A stretch of 64,000 nt of DNA from Bacilli bacterium (GCA_045128835.1 JBGVRX010000017.1:28938-92937); one strand, 5' to 3'; shown: positions 7,945 through 19,025, numbered from the stretch's first letter. Numbers and translations: made by a program. Notes: generated by a model from the letters alone, not told the origin.

Positions 7945-9906
7945 TCAACCTTCGCTCTTTAATTCTAAAATAATATCTCTAAGTTGAGCAGCTCTTTCAA
8001 AATCTAATTGTTTAGCGGCCTCTCTCATTTCTTTCTCTAAATCTTTAATCATTTGTTCCTTTTGCTTTTTAGATGCTTTGTTAGTTTTAGATGTAATATA
8101 TTCTTTATAATCTTCTTTAATTTTAACTGGTTCTTTTATGTCCTTAACAATCGTTTTTGGGGTTATACCATAACGCTCATTAAATTCAATTTGAATAGTT
8201 CTTCTTCTATTGGTTTCATCGATTGCTTTTTGCATTGAATCAGTAATGGTATCCGCATACATTATAACTTCACCATGTTCATTACGAGATGCTCTACCGA
8301 TAATTTGAATAAGCGATCTACTTGATCTCAAGAAACCTTCTTTATCTGCATCTAATATTAAGATTAGAGAAACTTCTGGAATATCCAAACCTTCTCTTAA
8401 TAGATTAATTCCTACAAGAATATCATATTTACCTTTTCTTAATTCATAAATAATTTGCGTTCTTTCCAATGTTTTTGTTTCACTATGTAAATAAGCAACT
8501 TTATAACCTTTTTCTTTTAAATAACTAGTTAGGTCTTCTGCCATTCTTATTGTTAATGTCGTAATCAATATTCTCTCATTATTTTTTATTCTTTCATTAA
8601 CCCTATTTATAATGTCATCAATTTGATTTTTTCTAGGCTTAATAGTGACAAGTGGATCGATAAGTCCTGTTGGTCTAATAATTTGTTCTACAACTTCATT
8701 ATCAACTTTCTCTAGTTCATAATCACCTGGTGTCGCACTTACATAAATTAAATTATTACCTTTTTTCTCAAATTCATCAAATTTTAATGGTCTATTATCT
8801 AAAGCGCTTGGAAGTCTAAATCCATATTCAACAAGAGTTTCTTTTCTTGATCTATCACCATTATACATTCCTCTAATTTGAGGTAAAGAAACATGCGATT
8901 CATCAATTACAATTAAATAATCATCCCCTAAATAATCAAACAATGTATACGGTGTTTCTCCTGCTTTTCTTCCATCTATTGGAGCACTATAGTTTTCTAT
9001 TCCAGGACATATTCCTAATTCTTTCAAAGACTCCATGTCATGGTTTGTTCTTTGTTCTAATCTTTCTGCCTCTAAATACTTGTTTTCTTTTCTAAAATAT
9101 TCTAAACGTTCTTTTAACTCTTCTTTTATTCTTGGTATAGCTTCTAAGATTCTTTCTCTTCTTGAAGAATAAGTATATGCAGGATAAATTGGATATCTTT
9201 TAAAGGCCGCTTTTACTTTTCCTGTTAAAGGGTCAACTTCACAAACCCTTTCAACCTCATCTTCAAACATTTCTACTCTTATAATAAATTCAGAAGTAGA
9301 AGCTGGAGCAATCTCAATATTTTCTCCTCTTGCTCTAAATGTCCCTGGTGACAAATCAATATCATTTCTAGTGTATTGTGCTTCAACTAATTTAGCAAAC
9401 AATTCTTTTCTATCAATTGTTTCGCCTTGAACTAAATCAAAAATCAAAGAATTATATTCTTCTGGATCATTAAGGCCATAAATAGCCGCAACAGAAGCTA
9501 CAATTATCGTATCTTTTCTTGATAATGCTGAATTAACTGCACTACTTCTCATCATTTCTATTTCTTCATTTGTAAGTGCATTTTTATCTATGTATGTATC
9601 GGTTTTTGGAATATAGGCTTCAGGCTGATAAAAATCAAAGTTTGAAATAAAATATTCTACTCTGTTGTTTGGAAAAAACTCCTTAAGTTCAGCATAAAGT
9701 TGCCCTGCTAAAGTCTTATTATGAGCCATTACAATCGTAGGTTTGTTAACCTCTTTTATAACATTAGAAATTGTAAACGTTTTTCCAGTTCCTGTCGCAC
9801 CTAATAACACTTGATGCCTTTTATCTTTTTTTATTCCATCAACCAATTGCTCTATTGCTCTTTTTTGATCAACAGAAGGAGTATACTTTGATACTAATTC
9901 AAACAT
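7945..9906 (-). CDS. uvrB: Excinuclease ABC subunit B
   Basis: Walker A GATGTGKT, the UvrB beta-hairpin and helicase motifs, and a C-terminal UVR domain ([14 protein letters not shown]). 653 aa. RBS GAGGTGAT. Confidence 0.97.
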   Translation of the reverse strand: MFELVSKYTPSVDQKRAIEQLVDGIKKDKRHQVLLGATGTGKTFTISNVIKEVNKPTIVMAHNKTLAGQLYAELKEFFPNNRVEYFISNFDFYQPEAYIPKTDTYIDKNALTNEEIEMMRSSAVNSALSRKDTIIVASVAAIYGLNDPEEYNSLIFDLVQGETIDRKELFAKLVEAQYTRNDIDLSPGTFRARGENIEIAPASTSEFIIRVEMFEDEVERVCEVDPLTGKVKAAFKRYPIYPAYTYSSRRERILEAIPRIKEELKERLEYFRKENKYLEAERLEQRTNHDMESLKELGICPGIENYSAPIDGRKAGETPYTLFDYLGDDYLIVIDESHVSLPQIRGMYNGDRSRKETLVEYGFRLPSALDNRPLKFDEFEKKGNNLIYVSATPGDYELEKVDNEVVEQIIRPTGLIDPLVTIKPRKNQIDDIINRVNERIKNNERILITTLTIRMAEDLTSYLKEKGYKVAYLHSETKTLERTQIIYELRKGKYDILVGINLLREGLDIPEVSLILILDADKEGFLRSSRSLIQIIGRASRNEHGEVIMYADTITDSMQKAIDETNRRRTIQIEFNERYGITPKTIVKDIKEPVKIKEDYKEYITSKTNKASKKQKEQMIKDLEKEMREAAKQLDFERAAQLRDIILELKSEG

Positions 9907-9949
9907 TTTATCACCTCTTTTCTAAAAACAACAAAAGCTTAGCAATAAA

Positions 9950-11365
9950 CTAAGCCCCATAATAATTTAAAACTTCACTAATTTCGTTATTATAATCCGC
10001 TAGTTGATCTTCATAAACTTTGGCTAACAAATATCTTATTGTGGTTTCATCTAACTCACCAGTTGTTTCAATACCATTATCAGTTTGATATGCTTTTATT
10101 GAATTCTCTAGTGTCTCATCATAATAACTTGTATACTCACCATTATAATAACCTAAAGTTTTCATAATAACTTGTAAATTATAAACCTCTGTTCCATAAT
10201 CACTTCTCTTTAAAGTAATTCCATTGAAATTCATTAAATGCAATCCGCTTCCAATATATTCTCTTTCAGGTGCTATACCAACTTTTTGAATAGAATTACC
10301 ATTAGGAGTAAACCATAATGCGTATGTGTAATGGAAATATGTTCCATCTGTAAAATAAATAGTCTTTTGAGCACTACCTTTACCATATGTTGTAACTCCT
10401 ACTAAATCCACTACATCACCTAGATTTTCGTTTAAAGCCGCAGATAAAGCTTCAGCTCCACTTGCGCTATTGTTATTAATTAAAATAACTATTTTACTAA
10501 AATCATACTTATCATTAAAAGAAGTTTTATAGTTATAACTTTCCCCCGCTTTATTTTTAGTTGATAAAACAACTTTACCTTTTTCTAAAAATAAATCAGC
10601 ACAATCTACAACACTACTAATATAGCCTCCAGGATTATCTCTTAAATCTATTATTAATTTGTTGTAGCCACTATTTTTTGATTCTTCTAAATAAGTTTCT
10701 AAGTATTGCGCTGTATCCATATCAAATTCAGTTATTTTTATATAAGCCATTTCTTCATTTGAAAAATCTTTGAAAACTGTAACAGGAGTATATGTTGTTA
10801 TATAACCAGTAATTGTTAATCTGTTCCCATCTCTTTCAACAACAACATTAACAGTATTTTTATTTTCTATTAAAGTTTTTATGTATTCAGTTTCTTTATT
10901 AGCCAAATCTTGACCATCTATCGATATAAGTAAATCTCCTTTTTTAAAACCTGCATCAATGTTAACTTTAGAAGCAACTTCTGTTATAACAAAGTATTCT
11001 TTATAAGGACTTATAGTTATTCCTAATCCCTCATAAGAAGTAGCAAGACTACCTAAAGATGTTAAATATCTTGTAAAAGGATCTTTTTGTGTATCAAGCA
11101 TTCCATAAATTGCTCTATCAATTAAAGTTTTTTCTATGTTTTCATCTTCTATGCCATAATACCATTCATCTTTTAAAATTTCATATATCTCATCTAATTT
11201 GCTTTTATAACCATCCTCTTTTTTTGAGTTATTAAAAGCATATGATGCATAAAAGCCAATAGAAAAAGCAAGAAACGCTACTACAAGTGAAATTATAATA
11301 AATATCTTTTTTTGTTTATTCGTTTCTTCCTTTAATTTTTTAGAATACTCTACTATATCGTCCAT
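9950..11365 (-). CDS. S41 C-terminal processing peptidase with C-terminal peptidoglycan-binding (PG_binding_1-like) domain
   Basis: N-terminal TM anchor, PDZ-like region and an S41 core (DLRDNPGGY…, SASGAEAL). C-terminal LQVIMKTLGYYNGEYTSYYDETLENSIKAYQTDNGIETTGELD is PG-binding-like. Confidence 0.82.
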   Translation of the reverse strand: MDDIVEYSKKLKEETNKQKKIFIIISLVVAFLAFSIGFYASYAFNNSKKEDGYKSKLDEIYEILKDEWYYGIEDENIEKTLIDRAIYGMLDTQKDPFTRYLTSLGSLATSYEGLGITISPYKEYFVITEVASKVNIDAGFKKGDLLISIDGQDLANKETEYIKTLIENKNTVNVVVERDGNRLTITGYITTYTPVTVFKDFSNEEMAYIKITEFDMDTAQYLETYLEESKNSGYNKLIIDLRDNPGGYISSVVDCADLFLEKGKVVLSTKNKAGESYNYKTSFNDKYDFSKIVILINNNSASGAEALSAALNENLGDVVDLVGVTTYGKGSAQKTIYFTDGTYFHYTYALWFTPNGNSIQKVGIAPEREYIGSGLHLMNFNGITLKRSDYGTEVYNLQVIMKTLGYYNGEYTSYYDETLENSIKAYQTDNGIETTGELDETTIRYLLAKVYEDQLADYNNEISEVLNYYGA

Positions 11366-11367
11366 AG

Positions 11368-12240
11368 TTACTTCCCCCTAACAAGAAATTCCTCGAATCC
11401 ATTTCCATAAGTATTTATCGTTTTGTAAATGCTTATAAATGCACTATCGTCAATCAAATATATATTTCTTTTTATTTCATAATACTCTTTCTCGTTAAAC
11501 ACTACTTCTATTACGGTTTTCTCTTTTTTAGAAATACCTCCAACAGCTTTCATAAGAGTAGTTCCTCTTTCTAGTGTATTGTTTAAGTAATCATTTATTT
11601 CCTCAGCTTTGTCACTTATGATATGAGCCATAAAACTACTTGTACCACTTATTGTTATTCTTTCAATAATATAGGAAGTTAATAGTACGCACAAAATACC
11701 ATATAATGCACTTTCAAGCGATAAACTCACTAATCCTAATGTAATAATAACCGTATCTATAGCAAATGTTGATATCGATATCTTAATCTTTAAATACTTT
11801 TTCAACACTAGACTTACAACATCCAATCCGCCTGTTGAACCACCGCACCTATATACCATACCCATTCCTGCGCCAGTTAAAACAGCACCGGTCAAAGTTG
11901 CTAAAAGTGGATCTGTTATTTGCTTAGCTAACTCCACAAAGTAACTAACATTTGTAAATAAACTTACAAACACAGGATACAAAAATGTCGACAATAATGT
12001 TTTTAATGCAAAATCTTTACCCAATATCACTAAACCAACAAAGAATAAAATCCAACATAGAGCAAAAATAATTATTTCCGGATTTATTCCAAACAAAGCC
12101 TCCACAATAAGTGAAATACCGCTTGTTCCTCCATTTATAATTCCATTAGGTAAAATAAACATTGCAACACCAACAGCTAAAAGTAAATTACCTAATACTA
12201 CAATCAAAAAATTAAGTATTTGTTTTTTATTCAATTTCAT
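11368..12240 (-). CDS. YitT-family membrane protein (DUF161/DUF2179)
   Basis: Five to six TM helices with the YitT signature and a C-terminal DUF2179-like soluble domain. 2 nt from the prfB stop. Confidence 0.75.
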   Translation of the reverse strand: MKLNKKQILNFLIVVLGNLLLAVGVAMFILPNGIINGGTSGISLIVEALFGINPEIIIFALCWILFFVGLVILGKDFALKTLLSTFLYPVFVSLFTNVSYFVELAKQITDPLLATLTGAVLTGAGMGMVYRCGGSTGGLDVVSLVLKKYLKIKISISTFAIDTVIITLGLVSLSLESALYGILCVLLTSYIIERITISGTSSFMAHIISDKAEEINDYLNNTLERGTTLMKAVGGISKKEKTVIEVVFNEKEYYEIKRNIYLIDDSAFISIYKTINTYGNGFEEFLVRGK

Positions 12241-12241
12241 A

Positions 12242-13333
12242 TTACTCCCCCATTTTTAAATAAGCACTTATGAAACCGTCTATTTCTCCATCCATCACTT
12301 TTCTAACATCACTAACTTCGTAATTGCTTCTATGATCTTTAACCATAGTATATGGACAGAATACATATGATCTAATTTGTGATCCCCATTCATTGGCCAT
12401 ATTTTCACCTTTGATTTTATCTATTTCTTTTTTCTTCTCTAACATCATTTGTTGATACAATTTACCTTTTAAAATATTCATACAATATTCTTTGTTTTGA
12501 ATTTGGGATCTTTGATTTTGACAACTAACAACAATTCCTGTTGGTAAATGAGTAATTCTAACTGCAGAATCCGTTTTGTTTATGTGTTGTCCTCCAGCAC
12601 CACTAGCCCTATATGTATCAATCCTTATGTCCTCATCTTTTATTTCTATTTCTATATCATCTTCAAACTTTGGCGTAATATCTACAGAAGCAAATGAAGT
12701 GTGTCTTCTTTTTGAAGCATCAAACGGCGAAATTCTTACTAATCTATGAACACCTTTTTCCCCCTTCAAGAAACCATAAACATTTTCACCTTTAATTTCT
12801 AAAGTAACGCTTTTGATTCCAGCTTCTTCTCCTGCTAGATAATCTAAAATTTCTATTTTACAATCACTTTTTTCACACCATCTAACATACATTCTAAATA
12901 ACATATCTGCCCAGTCATGAGATTCTGTTCCTCCTGCACCTGGATGGATTTCTAAAATAGCGTTATTATTATCAAATGGTCCACTAAGCAAAATGTCTAA
13001 CTCCATCTTTTCAAGAAGAACATCTGCATTAGTTAATTCTTCATCTGCCATTAGAATCATATCTTCATCATTACTATCTAACAGTTCTTTGATTCCATCA
13101 TACCAAGATTCTAACTTTGTAATTTGCTCTATATTTTGCTTATCTTTATTTAATTGTTTCAAAACTTGTTTAGCGTGCTTATTATCATTCCAGAATCCAT
13201 CTTCGTTGCATTCTTTTTCTAATTTCTCTATCTCACATAAAAGAGAGTTAATGTTTAAACAATCTTTTAAATCATTAACTCTTTTAGAAGAATTATTACA
13301 ATTTATTCTTAATTCATATAATTCTCTAGCCAT
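12242..13333 (-). CDS. prfB: Peptide chain release factor 2, encoded without a programmed +1 frameshift
   Basis: SPF tripeptide (RISPFDASKRRHTSFASV) and GGQ (SGAGGQHINKTDSAVRITH). The 363-aa ORF is continuous from the N-terminus. Confidence 0.93.
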   Translation of the reverse strand: MARELYELRINCNNSSKRVNDLKDCLNINSLLCEIEKLEKECNEDGFWNDNKHAKQVLKQLNKDKQNIEQITKLESWYDGIKELLDSNDEDMILMADEELTNADVLLEKMELDILLSGPFDNNNAILEIHPGAGGTESHDWADMLFRMYVRWCEKSDCKIEILDYLAGEEAGIKSVTLEIKGENVYGFLKGEKGVHRLVRISPFDASKRRHTSFASVDITPKFEDDIEIEIKDEDIRIDTYRASGAGGQHINKTDSAVRITHLPTGIVVSCQNQRSQIQNKEYCMNILKGKLYQQMMLEKKKEIDKIKGENMANEWGSQIRSYVFCPYTMVKDHRSNYEVSDVRKVMDGEIDGFISAYLKMGE

Positions 13334-13337
13334 TGTA

Positions 13338-15734
13338 TTACGCCTTGCTTCCTTGAGTTACTATTTTAAGTTCATGGAAATGAAGTGAGTGCAAAGTAAT
13401 TTCCATAGCAATATTATTAGCCATTTCTTGGAACATTTTATATCCTTCATTTATATATGCAGTAAGTGGATCTTTTTGAGCGTAAGCCATATAGTTTACA
13501 CCTTGTTTTAATTTACTCATATTATCAATGTGTTGAGTCCAATATTTATCAACGATTGTGATTGCTAAATTTGATTTAATCATTCCTATTAATTCTTCAG
13601 GAACACGCTTAGCGCTCGCTTCACTAAGACCAGTAAATAAGTTAGCTAACATTTCTTTATTTTCGTCAATAGTTTTTTCTTTATATTCATCTACATTTAG
13701 AATCACTGCCACTTTAAAGTTTCTTATAATTAATTCAGTTAATTTTTTATAATCAACCATAGGATCTCCATCTTCATAATATATACAGTTATCAACTAAG
13801 AAACTAGCAGCCTTCTTATGTAAACTTTTAATAACTTCATCTTGATTTTCGCTTCCTAAAATGTCATCTCTTTGTTTATACATTATTTCTCTTTGTTGTC
13901 TTAATACTTCATCATATTTTAAAACATGTTTACGAGAGTCAAATGCATGTCCTTCACTTCTAGATTGAGCACTATTAATCATTTTAGTTAAAAATGCGTT
14001 ATCTAAAGCTTGCTCATCTAGTTGTTTAAACATTTTAAATTGTGGCATTAATCTCATTAGATCATCTTGCATTGAAACATAGAACCTTGAATATCCTGGG
14101 TCACCTTGTCTTCCACTACGTCCTCTAAGTTGGTTATCAACACGTCTAGATTCGTTCTTTTCGCTACCAAGAACAGCTAAACCTGCAGTGTATTGAAGTT
14201 CTCCTGTAGGGTCTACTATATCTTTTACCCCTTCACCCAGTTTAATGTCGGTACCACGTCCTGCCATGTTTGTAGCAATTGTAACTGCGCCTTTTTGTCC
14301 TGCTTTAGCAACAATCTCTGCTTCTCTTGCATGGTTTTTAGCATTTAACACTTCATGAGGAATTCCTTTCTTACGTAATTTTTCTGATAAGATTTCACTA
14401 ACATCAACAGAAGTTGTTCCTACTAGTATTGGTTGTCCCAATTCATGTCTTTTAACAAGTTCATCGATTAATGCATTATATTTAGCTTCCATTGAATAGA
14501 ACACTAAATCATTATCATCTTTTCTTTGAATTGGTCTATTAGTTTCAATTTCAACAACTCTCATATTGTAAATTTCTTTAAATTCTTCTTCCTCAGTTTT
14601 TGCAGTACCAGTCATACCTGCTAGTTTTTTATATAATCTAAAGAAGTTTTGGAATGTTATAGTAGCAGTTGTAATTGTCTCTTGTTTAATTCTTACGCCT
14701 TCTTTTGCTTCAACAGCTTGGTGTAAGCCATCACTCCATTGTCTTCCTGGCATTAAACGTCCTGTAGATTGGTCGATGATTAAAACTTCTCCATCAACAA
14801 CTGTATAATCATATTCTTTTTTCATTATGTAATTTGCTCTTAAAGCTTGATTTATATGATGCACTAAAGCAGTATTTTCAAAAGAGTTATAATTATCTAA
14901 TTTAAACTTCTCTTCTGCATGTCTAACACCATCATCACTTAAATATACAGACTTACTTTCTTCATCTATAATATAGTGATTTGATTTTAAATTTTTTACA
15001 AATCTGTCAGCTTCAACATATCTTTGGTGAACGCTCTTGCTTCCTCCAGAAATAATAAGTGGTGTTCTACCTTCATCAATAAGAACAGAGTCACATTCAT
15101 CTACTAAAGCAAAATTTAATTCTCTTAAAACTTTATCATCTAAAGAGCGAACCATATTATCTCTTAAATAATCGAATCCAACTTCACTACTTGTTGTATA
15201 TGTTAAATCACAATTGTATGCAGCTTTCTTTTCGCTCGGTGTTAATTCTCTAGCATTTACACCCACAGTCAATCCTAAGAATCTATAAATTCTTCCCATC
15301 CACTCAGCATCACGTTTTGCTAGATATTCGTTTACAGTAATAATATGAACACCTTTTCCTTCTAGAGCGTTTAAATAAACCGCCATTGTCGCAGTAAGAG
15401 TTTTACCTTCTCCAGTTCTCATCTCAGCAACATTTCCTTCATTTAAAACCAATGCACCAATTATTTGCACTCTATAAGGGAATTCGTTGTTTACTCTTTT
15501 TGCAGCTTCTCTAGCTACAGCAAAAGCTTCATGCTTTATATCTTCAAGAGTTTCTCCTGCTCCTAGTCTTTCTCTAAATTCATTTGTTTTATTTTGCAAT
15601 TCTGAATCAGATAATTTACTCATTTCTTCTTCATATTCAATAACCTTATCTGCATCCTTCTTTATTCTTTCATAATATTTCTTATCAATTCTGAATAATT
15701 TATTTAACCAATTTTCCATAACTTCACTCCTCAT
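13338..15734 (-). CDS. secA: Preprotein translocase ATPase SecA
   Basis: Walker A MRTGEGKT, DEAD-like DEVD and the full NBD/PPXD/HSD/HWD layout. 798 aa with no C-terminal CxxC Zn tail. RBS GAGGAGTG. Confidence 0.97.
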   Translation of the reverse strand: MRSEVMENWLNKLFRIDKKYYERIKKDADKVIEYEEEMSKLSDSELQNKTNEFRERLGAGETLEDIKHEAFAVAREAAKRVNNEFPYRVQIIGALVLNEGNVAEMRTGEGKTLTATMAVYLNALEGKGVHIITVNEYLAKRDAEWMGRIYRFLGLTVGVNARELTPSEKKAAYNCDLTYTTSSEVGFDYLRDNMVRSLDDKVLRELNFALVDECDSVLIDEGRTPLIISGGSKSVHQRYVEADRFVKNLKSNHYIIDEESKSVYLSDDGVRHAEEKFKLDNYNSFENTALVHHINQALRANYIMKKEYDYTVVDGEVLIIDQSTGRLMPGRQWSDGLHQAVEAKEGVRIKQETITTATITFQNFFRLYKKLAGMTGTAKTEEEEFKEIYNMRVVEIETNRPIQRKDDNDLVFYSMEAKYNALIDELVKRHELGQPILVGTTSVDVSEILSEKLRKKGIPHEVLNAKNHAREAEIVAKAGQKGAVTIATNMAGRGTDIKLGEGVKDIVDPTGELQYTAGLAVLGSEKNESRRVDNQLRGRSGRQGDPGYSRFYVSMQDDLMRLMPQFKMFKQLDEQALDNAFLTKMINSAQSRSEGHAFDSRKHVLKYDEVLRQQREIMYKQRDDILGSENQDEVIKSLHKKAASFLVDNCIYYEDGDPMVDYKKLTELIIRNFKVAVILNVDEYKEKTIDENKEMLANLFTGLSEASAKRVPEELIGMIKSNLAITIVDKYWTQHIDNMSKLKQGVNYMAYAQKDPLTAYINEGYKMFQEMANNIAMEITLHSLHFHELKIVTQGSKA

Positions 15735-15735
15735 T

Positions 15736-15790
15736 TTTTATTTTAGCATGTTTGCTAAAAGTATTACTTCTTTTTACGAACTTTATTATA
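15736..15790 (-). promoter_or_regulatory. Putative secA promoter with an extended −10 (TGcTAAAAT)
   Basis: Minus-strand TTTAGCAAACATGCTAAAAT lies about 35 nt upstream of the secA RBS. No clear −35 is assigned. Confidence 0.35.
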
Positions 15791-15818
15791 ACATATTTAT
15801 TTAAATATGTTGCTATTT

Positions 15819-15846
15819 AAATTAAAAGGGGCACTTACTGTACCCC
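15819..15846 (-). terminator. Terminator downstream of csp (GGGG-N-AC…GT-N-CCCC hairpin plus UUUUAAUUU)
   Basis: Imperfect GC-rich stem at about 15828–15846, followed on the transcript by a T-run. Confidence 0.5.
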
Positions 15847-15853
15847 TCGCTAT

Positions 15854-16057
15854 TTATCTAACTATTGCAACTACATTTTGTGCTTGCAACCCATGGTCTG
15901 TTTCAAGAACATCAAATTCAACCTCTTGACCTTCTTGTAAAGTTTTATAACCATCTAGAACAATTTGACTATAATGAACAAAAATGTCATTACCCTCTCC
16001 ACGATTAATAAAACCATAACCTTTGTTTGCATTAAACCATTTTACTTTTCCTATCAT
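15854..16057 (-). CDS. csp: Cold-shock protein (CspA family)
   Basis: [17 protein letters not shown]…DIFVHYSQI has the RNP1/RNP2 motifs. 67 aa. Start moved to M15 of the track ORF (RBS GGAAAGGA, 8-nt spacer). Confidence 0.9.
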   Translation of the reverse strand: MIGKVKWFNANKGYGFINRGEGNDIFVHYSQIVLDGYKTLQEGQEVEFDVLETDHGLQAQNVVAIVR

Positions 16058-16128
16058 ACTATACATCCTTTCCTTCCATTTAGGTTTGTGCGAACACAAG
16101 AAAAGGTTACCTATTTAAGAAAACAATT

Positions 16129-16746
16129 TCAAACAATTTCGTTCTTCAAAATCCGACAATTACTTGATAAAACTAGTACTTTTTTAACTATATTTGAAGG
16201 GATTTGACTAATCATAGTTTTTATTGTCGAACCACTAGTCAAAACATCATCTACAATAAGAACCTTTTTAACATCTAAAAGCGCTGCTTTGTCGATTTTT
16301 ATAACATTTTGTATTTGCTTTCTTTCCTCCTTGCTTTTATCACTTTGTTTCCACATTTTATCCTTTTTAAAACATTTGATTATAGGAAAATTTAAGCACT
16401 TAAAGATTCCCTCTAAATGATTAAATCCCCTTTTATCCTCTAATTCATTATTAGATGGAGCAAGAATTATTTTACATCCTCTATACTTTCTTTTTATCCA
16501 AAATAAAGAATTAACCAAGAAGATATCTTTCAAAACGTAATCTCCACATCCTTTATATCTAAAAAGAACATCTTTGAAAAAATCATTATAAAAATATAGA
16601 ATTATTCCTTTCACATCATTTATAACAAATTTTTTATTTCTAACTTCAAATTTTTTAATACACTCATAACAAAATTTATCGCAGTCATCAAAAATATTTG
16701 TAAATACATTTTCGATCACTTTATCACACATCAAGCACTTATTCAT
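16129..16746 (-). CDS. comFC: Competence protein ComFC (phosphoribosyltransferase-type)
   Basis: N-terminal CxxC…CxxC zinc ribbon and a C-terminal PRTase motif VLIVDDVLTSGSTI. It overlaps comFA by 8 nt. Confidence 0.8.
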   Translation of the reverse strand: MNKCLMCDKVIENVFTNIFDDCDKFCYECIKKFEVRNKKFVINDVKGIILYFYNDFFKDVLFRYKGCGDYVLKDIFLVNSLFWIKRKYRGCKIILAPSNNELEDKRGFNHLEGIFKCLNFPIIKCFKKDKMWKQSDKSKEERKQIQNVIKIDKAALLDVKKVLIVDDVLTSGSTIKTMISQIPSNIVKKVLVLSSNCRILKNEIV

Positions 16747-17830
16747 TGCATTTTTTCAAAGTCTTGATTGCACCTTTTATGCTCCTATTTTTTATTTTAC
16801 AAATAAAAAAAATATTGCCTGAAGGAAAATCTTTACTTCTCCCAACCCTTCCCGAAATTTGTATTAATGCATCTTTATCAAACAAAGAATTATCCGCATT
16901 ATAAACAATTACTTGAACATTTTTTATGGTTATGCCGCGTTCTAAAACAGTTGTAGCAAAAATAACGCCTTTACTTAAACCTCTTATTTTTGACAAAATT
17001 ATTTCCCTATCATTTGTTTTAGAGTTTATTAAAAAGTCACACTTTATTTTCTTAGCCACTTTCATTTGTATTTTTATCGTAGGAAAGTAAACAATCACTA
17101 CATTTTCTTCTAATGCTTTGAGTTTCTTTTTTAATGTTCTTATTAACGAAAAGGATTCATTACATTTAGGTATTGGTAAATCAAATCCATGATATCTTCT
17201 ATTTAAATAAAATTTTTGTATTTGCTTATCCTGTTCTACATATTTCGGCATAGTTGCACTTAAATAGATAAAACGAGAACTGCACTTTTTTATAATTTGC
17301 TTTAACTTTTCATTCCCCTTATAAGGGAATGCATCTATTTCATCAATTATTAAGACATCAAAATAACCTATATATCTAAAAGATTGATGTGTGGTAAAAA
17401 CAATAATATCTCCTTCTAAAAGTTTATGATTACCTCCATAAACCGGAATAACCTTAACATTAAAATCTTTTTCTATTCGTTGTGCTAATTCTATCACAAC
17501 ATCTTTTCGGGGAATTGCAATGCCAACCTTTAAATCATTATTCAAACAATACTTTAAACAATCATAAATAATTTCTGTTTTTCCTGCACCACAAACAGCA
17601 TTAATCGCACAATCTCTTTTAAGTAATATATTTTCTAATATAAAATCACTGGCCTTTTGTTGTAAATCTGTAAGTTTATAACTTAATGAAAAATATCCTG
17701 GTTTTATTTTATACGTCTTGTCAGCTTTTTCTCCAACAAAATTTATGCATTTTCTGCAGTGCAACTTACCGTTTAAATAGAAGAAATAGTCTTTGTCCTT
17801 ATTTGAGCATACAGGGCAAATATAAGCCAT
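16739..17830 (-). CDS. comFA: Competence helicase ComFA (short form)
   Basis: N-terminal Zn finger CPVCSNK…CRKC, Walker A CGAGKTE, DEID box (IIDEIDAF) and a helicase C-domain. RBS GAAAGGAGGTAATT. 363 aa. Confidence 0.8.
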   Translation of the reverse strand: MAYICPVCSNKDKDYFFYLNGKLHCRKCINFVGEKADKTYKIKPGYFSLSYKLTDLQQKASDFILENILLKRDCAINAVCGAGKTEIIYDCLKYCLNNDLKVGIAIPRKDVVIELAQRIEKDFNVKVIPVYGGNHKLLEGDIIVFTTHQSFRYIGYFDVLIIDEIDAFPYKGNEKLKQIIKKCSSRFIYLSATMPKYVEQDKQIQKFYLNRRYHGFDLPIPKCNESFSLIRTLKKKLKALEENVVIVYFPTIKIQMKVAKKIKCDFLINSKTNDREIILSKIRGLSKGVIFATTVLERGITIKNVQVIVYNADNSLFDKDALIQISGRVGRSKDFPSGNIFFICKIKNRSIKGAIKTLKKCNE

Positions 17831-17900
17831 AATTACCTCCTTTCAATATTATCTATATACTTCAAATTTTTTTAGTAACAAAAAAAGCTGATTTCTCAGC

Positions 17901-19025
17901 TTAAATTTCTTTTATATAGCATCTTCTTTTTCTTATAAGTTCTGCATCATAGTTTTCCCATTGGCTTCTAACTTTATGATTGTTTTCCAACTCTGGTCCT
18001 GTTTCAGCATATTTAATTCCCGCTTCAATCGCACACTTAGTAACATCATGCATTAATATTGCATTTAATCCATATCCTTGAAGTTCTGGTTTTATTGCTA
18101 CTAAATACATATCTAATACTTCTGGCTTTTTCAATGCTTTTAATAAATGGAACCATCCAAATGGGAACATTTTTCCTTTTGCTTTTATGCTTGCTTCTGA
18201 TAGAGAAGGAACTAAAACAGCAAACCCTACAACTTTATCGTTTTTATCAACAATAATTGGAATGTATTTTAAATCTACCAAAGGAATATATTGTTTAACA
18301 AATTGGTCTATTTGTTTATCTGTTAATAAGACTGTCCCGTGTAATGCATAAAATGCGTTGTTATATACTTCAAAAGCATCATAGATATAAGGCAAAATAT
18401 CTTTCGCTTTTGTAAATTTCTTTAATGTTAAGCCAAATTTTTTAAGTACTGCATCTTTAACTCTTTCAATTCTAGGATCTACTTTCTCCGGAATGTTAAT
18501 AATATATTCAACATCATCAACATCTTTTTCAAACCCTAATTTATCAATGTGTTCAATGTAATATGGATAGTTATAACTAGTAAATGACAATCCTAATTTA
18601 TCAAACCCTTCAATAAGTAAACCATGTCTATCAAAATCAACAAAGCCTAAAGGTCCTGTATATTTAGTCATTCCTTTTTCTTTTCCCCAGTTACCTATAT
18701 AATCAAACATTGCTTTTGTAACTTCAAAATCATCAATAACATCAAAGTGAGTAAAACGCAAATGATTTTCCCCAACCTTTTCATTGTACTTATAGTTTAT
18801 AATCCCTACTAATCTTCCTACAACTTTATCATCTTTATACGCAATTATCATTAAAGAATCACAGTACTCATAAGCACCATTTTTTTCTCTATTGAATGTA
18901 TCTCTTATATCACTATGTAATTGAGGCACATAATACTTATTATCTTTGTATAAATCATCAGCGAACTTTATAAACGCATTCATATCTTTTTTTGTTTTTA
19001 CTTCTTTAATTACTATATTTCCCAT
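17901..19025 (-). CDS. Uncharacterized protein of about 374 aa, possibly a GNAT/FemAB-fold acyltransferase
   Basis: Long ORF with good RBS. Assignment rests on loose resemblance to a conserved Firmicutes family annotated as GNAT N-acetyltransferase (C-terminal …AILMHDVTKCAIEAGIKYAETGPE…). Weak. Confidence 0.4.
   Translation of the reverse strand: MGNIVIKEVKTKKDMNAFIKFADDLYKDNKYYVPQLHSDIRDTFNREKNGAYEYCDSLMIIAYKDDKVVGRLVGIINYKYNEKVGENHLRFTHFDVIDDFEVTKAMFDYIGNWGKEKGMTKYTGPLGFVDFDRHGLLIEGFDKLGLSFTSYNYPYYIEHIDKLGFEKDVDDVEYIINIPEKVDPRIERVKDAVLKKFGLTLKKFTKAKDILPYIYDAFEVYNNAFYALHGTVLLTDKQIDQFVKQYIPLVDLKYIPIIVDKNDKVVGFAVLVPSLSEASIKAKGKMFPFGWFHLLKALKKPEVLDMYLVAIKPELQGYGLNAILMHDVTKCAIEAGIKYAETGPELENNHKVRSQWENYDAELIRKRRCYIKEI

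Noticed and set aside
12242-13333. Looked for the programmed +1 frameshift (CUU UGA C) expected near codon 25 of prfB
   Set aside because: The ORF is continuous from the N-terminus (MARELYELRIN…), so there is no frameshift site. This is a lineage feature, not an error.
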